Assembly (NCBI GenBank): GCA_964486235.1
Contig: CAZANK010000001.1
Coordinates: forward strand, 2,488 to 40,922
Reading direction: 5' to 3'
Origin: an uncultured Prolixibacteraceae bacterium
GTDB taxonomy: Bacteria; Bacteroidota; Bacteroidia; Bacteroidales; Prolixibacteraceae
Length of the DNA: 38,435 bases
The notes below the pieces were generated by a model. The model did not search any database. It saw only the letters and a program-made list of their open reading frames with translations, and had not been told where the DNA came from. Below, one piece after another: positions 9,186 through 15,957 of this stretch; the first letter of the stretch is position 1, and the number at the start of each line of letters is the position of its first letter. Position numbers and translations under genes: made by a program.

Positions 9186-9866
9186 ATGAAAACAAAACCC
9201 GTATTTTTTATATTCCTGATGTTGTTGCTATGTGGATGCAAGGACCTTACTGAGATTCACCAAACCTACCTCGACCGGGGGGAGATCATTTATCTGGCCC
9301 GGCCTGATACAGTGACCGCGGGACAGGGCTATCAGAAAATCCAGTTGAAATGGAATCCCGGGGTAAATCAGGAAATTGAAGGCACCGTTATTTACTGGAA
9401 TGACAGGACCGATTCGCTGGTGCATGCCGTGACCAGTATCAGGGGAAAAGAGGCTGTCGTGATCAGCAATTTGCAGGAGCGTATCTATGTATTCGAATTG
9501 GTTAACTTAGCTTCCAATGGGATCCGTTCGTTGCCTACCGAAGTTAGTAAAATGGTTCTTGGCGAAGAATATGTCAATGCCTTGTTCCCGGCCACTTTTA
9601 CTTATGCCTACGACGAAACCGAAACACGGTTGGTGATTACCTGGGGTAAAACGGATGAAACCCTCCGGTACTCCAGGGTGAAATACACGGCTCTTTCCGA
9701 TGGTTCGGTAAAAGAAGTCGTGTGGAGCCCGTCTGATGGAACCATTACCGTGATTGACGATTTTGATGCCGGTACCGGAAAGACCCTGGAAGTCTGTTCC
9801 GGCTACAGGCCTGACGGAGATGCTTTCGAGGACTTTGAGTCCGGCGCCAAGGTAATCGTGTTTTAA
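9186..9866 (+). CDS. PUL accessory lipoprotein, DUF4998-like
   Basis: Lipobox LLLCGCKD. The segment YLDRGEIIYLARPDTVTAGQGYQKIQLKWNPGVNQEIEGTVIYWND matches the DUF4998 pattern, which commonly follows DUF4959/DUF5000 genes in Bacteroidota PULs. Confidence 0.7.
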   Translation: MKTKPVFFIFLMLLLCGCKDLTEIHQTYLDRGEIIYLARPDTVTAGQGYQKIQLKWNPGVNQEIEGTVIYWNDRTDSLVHAVTSIRGKEAVVISNLQERIYVFELVNLASNGIRSLPTEVSKMVLGEEYVNALFPATFTYAYDETETRLVITWGKTDETLRYSRVKYTALSDGSVKEVVWSPSDGTITVIDDFDAGTGKTLEVCSGYRPDGDAFEDFESGAKVIVF

Positions 9867-10015
9867 TTCTGAAAATACATGACGTATTTGCAGGGAATTA
9901 TGGGGAACTGGCATCAGGATGGAGACAGCCATGGATGCGTCGTGAATACCAATTTCAGTGTACGACGGGTCCCGGCATGATACAAATTAACAGTACTAAC
10001 TCAAATTTTAAAACA

Positions 10016-10117
10016 ATGAAAAGGCATCAGTCAGTCCTTCAGATCAGCGCAATAAGCTTAATCTGCTTGTATTTTGTTTTTGGATGTTCATCCAACTTAA
10101 GACAAAAGGGTGTATGA
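10016..10117 (+). pseudogene. 33-codon stub of a lipoprotein gene (signal peptide plus lipobox only), cut off at the left arm of the inverted repeat
   Basis: MKRHQSVLQISAISLICLYFVFGCSSNLRQKGV then stop. The stop falls inside the repeat arm that begins at 10108. No continuation of the ORF is found after the right arm. Confidence 0.5.
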
Positions 10118-10151
10118 CAAAAACCACTTTTTTTAAAAAAATAGGGTTATA
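10108..10151. repeat. Left arm of a 45-bp imperfect inverted repeat (GGGTGTATGACAAAAACCAC-T7-A7-TAGGGTTATA)
   Basis: Matches the reverse complement of 13762-13806 at about 39 of 45 positions with one 1-nt indel in the T/A tract. Confidence 0.8.
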
Positions 10152-10184
10152 AATTGATATACAATATCATATATTTATAACCCT
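10143..10184. repeat. Palindrome with perfect 12-bp arms AGGGTTATAAAT / ATTTATAACCCT and an 18-nt loop, flanked by A/T runs
   Basis: Read directly. Its left arm overlaps the inner end of the 45-bp repeat arm, so the AGGGTTATA motif occurs three times (10143 +, 10184 -, 13770 -). Confidence 0.7.
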
Positions 10185-10524
10185 TTAAAAAAAATAGGTC
10201 AGGTGCAACGATTGCACGGGGCATTTTATATAATAACTTTAGAATTTAAGGATTTTCGTTAGAGGTATTTGGAGAACATTTTACACTTATCTACTATATA
10301 ATGTTAGAGAGAATAAGAGCTTTTCTTGTTAACGGAATCGTAGTCATTATGCCGAAACCGGCCAATCTATAACCATACAAAATTGATTTTAGTTTCGATT
10401 TTGCTTTATATGGCAATTTTTTTACCGCACATCTTTCAGTTAAACCGTGTAAAAGAGTTTGATTGTCGATGTGGATTTTAGAGTAGCATTTTAAAAGTTT
10501 ACATCAAGAAAATGATTTGGAATT

Positions 10525-12813
10525 ATGATACTTAATTTTATAAAAAATATTTACATTCTCTTATTAATATTAACAACTATCACTTGCAAAAGGGATTCTT
10601 CAGGATGTTCATCGAAGGAAATTATAAATGAGTACAAAATTGAATTCGACCACCCTCCTTCAAAAATTCCAGTACCACATTCTGTTGATGCGCCCCTGCT
10701 CGGAAACGGTTACACAGGAGTATCTATATCTGGACCGCCGGAAAAACAAGTTTATTATCTGGCAAGGAATGATTTCTGGCGATTAAAATCCTCATATAGT
10801 GAGTGTTTTCCTGCAGTTTTGGGGAAAGCTGAAATAGATATTCCAGCATTGTCAGGGGCATCATACAAGATTGTTCAGTATCTTCATAGTGCGGAGACTT
10901 TTTCTTCATTTTCAAAACCTGGAATGAGAGCTGAATTCATTTCATTTGTTTCTGCCACAGATGATTTTATGATTATCGAAATTAGTAATTCTGGAGCCAG
11001 TGAGTTAAAAGGTAATGTAAGGCTTCTACTTCCCGGAGTGGAAGAAAGAAGGGATGAACTTGCTCATGAACCTCCTTGTAAAAAAATTCTTGAGGACATC
11101 AGTGAATCAGGGGATAACGGGAATGGTATATATTGGATTTGCAGGGGTTTTGAAAAAAATGTGGACATTTGTTCTAAAGCAGCGTGTGCTTTTAAAATAC
11201 TCCAAAACAAAACAAACAGTTTTAATCTAAAACCTGGAAAGAAAATTAAGATTGTCTTTTCGTTTTCAAGCGACTTTAAAAGTGAGGACTGTTTGAAGAA
11301 AGTAATTGACAACGTTTTAAAAGTTAATAAATCCGATATAAAATCGCTTGAAAAGGATCACAAATCATGGTGGGCTGATTTCTGGTCAAAATCGTTTGTT
11401 TTCATTTCAGATAAAAAAATTGAGAAACACTATTATTTATCTAATTATGCATTGGCATGTTCCTGCAGGGACAAAAATTTCCCTCCCGGTATTTTTGGCA
11501 CATGGATTACTAAGGAGATTCCTTTCTGGTCTGGCGATTATCATCTGAATTATAATCATATGGCTCCTTATTATGGGCTGTATTCTTCCAATCATATAGA
11601 GCAGGCTGACTCCTATAATGCTCCTGTTTTGGCAATGCAGGAAAGGGGAGAATATTACTCTGAAAAGATAACAGGGATTAAAGGAGGCATATTGCTGCCT
11701 GTCGGAATCGGACCAATTGGAATGGAGAGTACCCGCAAGAATACATGGGTGGCTGAAAATAAAAAAAACTGGATTAATGAAGGATATGAAGATGAGGGTA
11801 TGTTTTGGGGACAGAAAAGCAACTCAGCCTACTGCGTTGTCAATATGTCTATGCAGTTTTACCATACTTACGACAAAGATTATATTAATCGTGTTTACCC
11901 TTTTGTAAAGGGTGTTGCAACTTTTTGGGAAAACTATCTGGTTAATGAGAACGGAATCAATGTAATATATAATGATGCTGTTCATGAAGGGAGCCATGAA
12001 GGGCCGAACGGAAATAAGAATTCTATTTTATCCTTAGGATTGGTGCGCCTCGTTTTTCAGACGGCTATTGATATGAGCATAGAGATCCAGCGGGATGGTG
12101 ACCTTCGCGAAAAATGGACTCTTATTCTTAAGAACATGGCAGATTATCCTTTGCAGAAAAAGAAAGGGAAAATCATTTTTCGTTATACTGAAGAAGGGCC
12201 GGCGTGGTTTGATAGTAATACAATTGGAATTCATCATATTTATCCGGCAGGACAAATCGGATTGGAAAGTGATCCTAAACTTCTTGAAATAGCAAAAAAT
12301 ACAATGGATATTATGAACAGATGGACTGACTTCAATGGTTCAAACAGTTTTTTTCCAGCTGCTGTTCGTATAGGCTATGACCCCAAAGAAATTTTGAAGC
12401 AATTACATAAATATATTGAGAATACTGATCCTAACGGATTTGAAAAACATAATCCGCATGGAATTGAAAATTTAAGTACGGTGCCAAATACGATCAATGA
12501 AATGTTATGCATAAGCCATCAGGGAATAATAAAAGTTTTTCCAGTATGGCCTATGGAAAAAGATGCCTGTTTTCATCAGTTAAGGACTTATGGTGCATTT
12601 TTAGTTTCAAGTGAAATAACGAACGGTATTGTTTCTTTTGTTAGGATTCATAGTGAGAAGGGAAAAACTTGCTTTTTGGAGAATCCATGGAAAGGAGAAA
12701 AAGTAACTGTAAAAAGTACTACGTCGGGATTGCGGCATGTAGATGGTGACATAATTAAAATAGATACAAAACCTGGAGAGGACTTACTAGTGCAAATTTT
12801 TTCAACTCGGTAG
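10525..12813 (+). CDS. GH95-like six-hairpin glycoside hydrolase (lipoprotein)
   Basis: Lipobox-like LILTTITCKRD. N-terminal LLGNGYTGVSISGPPEKQVYYLARNDFWRL resembles the GH95 N-terminal domain (GNGxxG...W). WSGDYHLNYNHMAPYYGLYSSNH resembles the GH95 catalytic-domain YxxNxNxxMxYW motif. The gene is markedly AT-rich compared with its neighbours. Confidence 0.55.
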   Translation: MILNFIKNIYILLLILTTITCKRDSSGCSSKEIINEYKIEFDHPPSKIPVPHSVDAPLLGNGYTGVSISGPPEKQVYYLARNDFWRLKSSYSECFPAVLGKAEIDIPALSGASYKIVQYLHSAETFSSFSKPGMRAEFISFVSATDDFMIIEISNSGASELKGNVRLLLPGVEERRDELAHEPPCKKILEDISESGDNGNGIYWICRGFEKNVDICSKAACAFKILQNKTNSFNLKPGKKIKIVFSFSSDFKSEDCLKKVIDNVLKVNKSDIKSLEKDHKSWWADFWSKSFVFISDKKIEKHYYLSNYALACSCRDKNFPPGIFGTWITKEIPFWSGDYHLNYNHMAPYYGLYSSNHIEQADSYNAPVLAMQERGEYYSEKITGIKGGILLPVGIGPIGMESTRKNTWVAENKKNWINEGYEDEGMFWGQKSNSAYCVVNMSMQFYHTYDKDYINRVYPFVKGVATFWENYLVNENGINVIYNDAVHEGSHEGPNGNKNSILSLGLVRLVFQTAIDMSIEIQRDGDLREKWTLILKNMADYPLQKKKGKIIFRYTEEGPAWFDSNTIGIHHIYPAGQIGLESDPKLLEIAKNTMDIMNRWTDFNGSNSFFPAAVRIGYDPKEILKQLHKYIENTDPNGFEKHNPHGIENLSTVPNTINEMLCISHQGIIKVFPVWPMEKDACFHQLRTYGAFLVSSEITNGIVSFVRIHSEKGKTCFLENPWKGEKVTVKSTTSGLRHVDGDIIKIDTKPGEDLLVQIFSTR

Positions 12814-12881
12814 TTATATCGAATTAATAACTAGAATCATGAAATTAGAAGAATTGATGAATGGAAAATATTATTTTTTAA

Positions 12882-13367
12882 ATGTCAGAATATTATGTGA
12901 CTATTTTCTTTCTTGCAAGTGTTAATCAGATTACCGCTCAAAATAAAGCTTCTTTACTAAATCGCAACTTTGAACTTACAGTTACAATAGATACAGTCAA
13001 AGTCAATGTAAAAATTACTGATCTAAAGTATAATGCAATGTGGGCTGACGGGATATATAATCATCAACTGGAGGAAATAGCTACCGGGGAACTTGAGGGG
13101 TTTTCAGGGCTCAAATTACCATCATTGGAATGTCATTCTGACCGGATCCGCATTCGGAGACTCATTGGTGACTTTGAAATTGAACATGATCTTATTCTTG
13201 CTACCGAAAGTCCCCTTCTTGCTGAAGAGATGAAAATTGTGAATCTTCAAGGGATTCGAAGAAATGTCAGTAAGTTTTCTGCTTCATTTAGCAAAAACGT
13301 AACAGGCACAAACAGAGAAATTTTGAAAAATCACATTCAATGTCGTTTAGTTAGTGGCTTTTTATAA
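12882..13367 (+). CDS. Hypothetical protein, probably the N-terminal fragment of a larger secreted protein
   Basis: Signal-peptide-like IFFLASVNQITAQ sits at the very N-terminus. An upstream ATG at 12839 lies in the frame displaced by one nucleotide, across a T6 run (12874-12879), suggesting a frameshifted start. The ORF ends a few bp before the IS66-like fragment. No family was recognised. Confidence 0.35.
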   Translation: MSEYYVTIFFLASVNQITAQNKASLLNRNFELTVTIDTVKVNVKITDLKYNAMWADGIYNHQLEEIATGELEGFSGLKLPSLECHSDRIRIRRLIGDFEIEHDLILATESPLLAEEMKIVNLQGIRRNVSKFSASFSKNVTGTNREILKNHIQCRLVSGFL

Positions 13368-13400
13368 TCGTTTGTAATTCGTAGTTGTTTACCCGGCTAT

Positions 13401-13595
13401 TTATGAGGTAATAAAATTATGCCCTTCAAATGTGGCGCATAATTTTGTAAAGACATTACGCTGATTTTTTCTTGCAGTCGATATAAAACCTTCAATCGGG
13501 GCATAGAATTCAGCTCCCCTGAAAGTTCGGAAACAGTTGGATACTTTTTGCTTGACCTTTGCCGCTCTGAGGTCCCTTTCGGCCTGATTATCCAA
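13401..13595 (-). mobile_element. C-terminal fragment of an IS66-family-like transposase (pseudogene)
   Basis: LDNQAERDLRAAKVKQKVSNCFRTFRGAEFYAPIEGFISTARKNQRNVF fits the IS66-type C-terminal pattern (DNNxAER, then KxKxKxSxxFRxxxGA and ISTxxK). Only about 65 homologous residues remain. The upstream part of the 112-aa ORF is out-of-frame read-through of a different fragment. Confidence 0.5.
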
Positions 13596-13761
13596 AAGTT
13601 GTGATAATCTGGCTGAACACATCGTAAAGCATCGAACCCATCGCCAAAGACCGGGGACTGTCTGTTTTAGGGCCAAACTGGTGTACCCCAAATTCTTCCA
13701 CCACGCTGGGATGATTGGGCAAAACCAACCGGGTACCATCTACGGCCAGGGTACGCATGCC
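13588..13761 (-). mobile_element. Internal fragment of an IS4-family-like DDE transposase (pseudogene), in a different frame from the IS66-like piece
   Basis: My own translation of the minus strand gives RVIGMRTLAVDGTRLVLPNHPSVVEEFGVHQFGPKTDSPRSLAMGSMLYDVFSQIITTFG then stop. AVDGTxLxLP...EFG...LYDV resembles the region around the first catalytic Asp of IS4-like transposases. There is no start codon and it is under 60 aa, so it is absent from the ORF track. Confidence 0.4.
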
Positions 13762-13806
13762 TATAACCCTATTTTCTAAAAAAGGAGTGGTTTTTGTCGT
13801 ACACCC
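13762..13806. repeat. Right arm of the 45-bp imperfect inverted repeat (reverse complement GGGTGTACGACAAAAACCACTCCTTTTTTAGAAAATAGGGTTATA)
   Basis: See the left arm at 10108-10151. This arm directly abuts the IS4-like fragment. Confidence 0.8.
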
Positions 13807-13851
13807 CCATCAAATTGATAGGCATTATGCAGTTTTTTTATTCTTTTATTT

Positions 13852-13859
13852 TACTTTTG
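13852..13859 (+). promoter_or_regulatory. Candidate Bacteroidota -7 promoter box TACTTTTG (consensus TAnnTTTG) upstream of the ECF sigma gene
   Basis: Matches the TAnnTTTG consensus 36 nt upstream of the ATG at 13895. No clear -33 TTTG partner was seen, so support is weak. Confidence 0.3.
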
Positions 13860-13894
13860 ACATGAATTAAAGGGAACTGTCAACAAACTAATCT

Positions 13895-14527
13895 ATGGCA
13901 AAAGAGGGTGATAAAAATAGAGAATACTGGGATATGGTTTGGTCTCAGTTTAAAGATGGTGACAAGGAGGCTTTTGCTGTTTTTTATAACCTTCACATTG
14001 ACCGCCTTTATCAATATGGTCTTAAATTCTGTAATGATGGAGAAACCATAAAGGATGCTATTCAGGAAGTATATCTTGATTTGTATCTGAAAAGAGAAAA
14101 GAATACAGCCGGTCCTGACAATCTAAAATACTATCTGTTTTTATCCCTGAAAAGAAATCTGATTAAGAAACTACAATTTGACAGGCGTTTTGATCGTGGT
14201 GAAATCGAAAACAAAAAACAAGCTGACCTGGAGTTTAGTATAGAGTACCTGCTTATTGAGAAAGAGCAGGAGGCAGAGCTTCAAAAAAAACTTGCAAATA
14301 CGTTAAATCAGCTTCCACGCAAGCAAAAAGAAGCAGTATACCTGCGATTTAATGAAGCGTTGGATTATCCTTCTATCGCAGTTGTTTTGGGAACTACAGT
14401 GGAATCGGTACGGAAGCAGGTATACAGGGCATTAAAGACTATTCGCGAGACGATCGACGATAAGTCGTTTATGTTGCTGTTTTCTTTTTTTCAAAAAAAG
14501 CTAAAAAAAAAGTCCATGTTTGAATAG
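13895..14527 (+). CDS. ECF-type RNA polymerase sigma-70 family factor
   Basis: Region 2-like FAVFYNLHIDRLYQYGLKF...IQEVYLDLYLKRE. Region 4 HTH LPRKQKEAVYLRFNEALDYPSIAVVLGTTVESVRKQVYRALKTIRE. It lies directly upstream of a FecR gene. Confidence 0.88.
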   Translation: MAKEGDKNREYWDMVWSQFKDGDKEAFAVFYNLHIDRLYQYGLKFCNDGETIKDAIQEVYLDLYLKREKNTAGPDNLKYYLFLSLKRNLIKKLQFDRRFDRGEIENKKQADLEFSIEYLLIEKEQEAELQKKLANTLNQLPRKQKEAVYLRFNEALDYPSIAVVLGTTVESVRKQVYRALKTIRETIDDKSFMLLFSFFQKKLKKKSMFE

Positions 14528-14557
14528 TTGGAAGCCTTTTAAGGTATAATTCCAACA

Positions 14558-15757
14558 ATGCGGATGGACAAGCTTAGTAAATACCTTGAAGACCTCAACT
14601 TTGTTCGTTGGGTTTTTGATACCACGCCGGAAATGGACCGGCATTGGGATCAATTTATGAGAGAACATCCTGATGAAATAAAAAGTATTCAGCACTCCCG
14701 GAGCATTATGCTCCAATTTCGGACAATCGCTAAAACGCTTTCCGAAGAGGAGAAGATTATTTTATTTTCGAGGGTACTGAATGAAATAGAGAAAAGACAA
14801 AAGGTAAAAACAACCTACCGGTTTTTTTCCGAAGTATTGAAATATGCGGCCATCGCCATAATTTTCTTTTCGGCAGGAGTATTGCTTTTTTACCGGGATA
14901 ATCCTGTCATCCCAGCCTTTTATACTTCAAGCTTAAATGACCGAATACCTGAAAATCAGGCACAATTGATTCGTGCAAGTGGAGAAACGGTCATTCTCGA
15001 CAAGCAATGCACCGTTCTGGAATACAAAAAAAACGGTGAGTTGGTCATAAATAACGATACTCTAAAACCAGTAAATTCAGATTCGAAAGGCGAACAGAAA
15101 CTCAACCAACTAATTATACCATACGGAAAAACCTCAGAATTAATACTGCCTGATGGGACAAAAGTATTTTTGAATGCGGGAAGCCGCTTGATTTATCCTG
15201 ATCTTTTCACGGGCGATACGCGTGATGTATTTCTGGTTGGAGAAGCCTATTTTGAAGTGGAGCACGATTCAAAACATCCATTCATCGTCCAGGTAAACGA
15301 ATTAAGAATTAAAGATTTGGGAACCAAGTTTAATGTCTCTGCTTATCCGTCTGATGGCCGCATTGAGACAGTATTGACTGAAGGAAAGGTAAGCATTCAG
15401 CCAGGCAATTCCGGTCTTTTCACCCGGTCAACAGAACTTATTCCCGGACAATTGGCTTCCTTTAACAAACAGAATCTTCAGATTTCAGTAGAATCAGTTA
15501 ATGTCGATGATTATATCCTTTGGACACAAGGGGTCATGAGGTTTGAAACGGCCGAACTTAGCCGAATTATAAAAAAACTGGAGCGCTATTTTAATGTTCG
15601 TTTTGAATATAAGGATCCGATGCTGGGTTCGTTATTGATTTCCGGAAAACTAGCGTTGAAGGAGGATAGACAGGAGGTTTTTGAACGGATTGCACGGGCT
15701 GCATCGGTAAAAATAGTAGAAATAGGAGATAACTATTATGAAGTAGTAAAAAATTGA
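14558..15757 (+). CDS. FecR-family anti-sigma factor (transmembrane sensor)
   Basis: TM helix AAIAIIFFSAGVLLFY. FecR motifs LPDGTKVFLNAGSRLIYP, VFLVGEAYFEVEHDSKHPFIV and IKDLGTKFNVSAY. C-terminal DUF4974-like MRFETAELSRIIKKLERYFNVRFEY. Confidence 0.9.
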   Translation: MRMDKLSKYLEDLNFVRWVFDTTPEMDRHWDQFMREHPDEIKSIQHSRSIMLQFRTIAKTLSEEEKIILFSRVLNEIEKRQKVKTTYRFFSEVLKYAAIAIIFFSAGVLLFYRDNPVIPAFYTSSLNDRIPENQAQLIRASGETVILDKQCTVLEYKKNGELVINNDTLKPVNSDSKGEQKLNQLIIPYGKTSELILPDGTKVFLNAGSRLIYPDLFTGDTRDVFLVGEAYFEVEHDSKHPFIVQVNELRIKDLGTKFNVSAYPSDGRIETVLTEGKVSIQPGNSGLFTRSTELIPGQLASFNKQNLQISVESVNVDDYILWTQGVMRFETAELSRIIKKLERYFNVRFEYKDPMLGSLLISGKLALKEDRQEVFERIARAASVKIVEIGDNYYEVVKN

Positions 15758-15790
15758 ACCGGAAGGAGTTCCGGCAACGGCCGATTCACC
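15755..15790 (+). repeat. Junction repeat copy 1 (TGAACCGGAAGGAGTTCCGGCAACGGCCGATTC), containing the hairpin CCGGAA-ggag-TTCCGG
   Basis: Begins at the FecR stop codon. It is similar to 18077-18112: the first 10 nt are identical and about 26 of 33 aligned positions match. Confidence 0.6.
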
Positions 15791-15957
15791 TTATCGTTTA
15801 TTTGACAAAATATGAAAAGAATCTGATGCACGTATCTGTTTTACCGACAGGCAGACCGGGTTGGATATACGCTCACCTCGTGAAGCTAAAACTCTTCCTT
15901 CAGCGAGTCTTCCGATTTACGAAATTTCAAATTAAGGAGAGCGACCACTTAAAAGTG

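Noticed and set aside
9958-9966. GTGTACGAC 9-mer shared with the right repeat arm, a possible third partial copy
   Set aside because: Only 9 nt match and the flanks do not. A match of this length is expected by chance about once in a window this size.
9935-10015. The first 27 codons of the 60-aa ORF at 9935-10117
   Set aside because: This part has no signal-peptide character. The lipoprotein signal begins at the internal ATG 10016, and the upstream part is most likely non-coding.
10100-13815. Target-site duplication flanking the 45-bp inverted repeat arms
   Set aside because: I compared 4-9 nt on each side for several possible arm boundaries (…GACAAAA| versus |CCATCAA / |ATCAA) and found no direct repeat. 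Classical transposition of the unit is therefore not demonstrated.
15756-15781. Reading GAACC-N17-(ACGGC / CAGTC) at 15756 and 18078 as a complete ECF -35/-10 promoter
   Set aside because: The putative -10 parts differ between the two copies and from the common CGTC-type element. Only the -35-like GAAC is shared, so it is reported only as a possibility inside a finding.
15754-15957. 68-codon N-terminal extension of the acylase ORF, starting at a TTG that overlaps the FecR stop codon
   Set aside because: The extension has no acylase similarity and precedes a clear signal peptide that begins at ATG 15958. The region is better explained as intergenic sequence containing the junction repeat.
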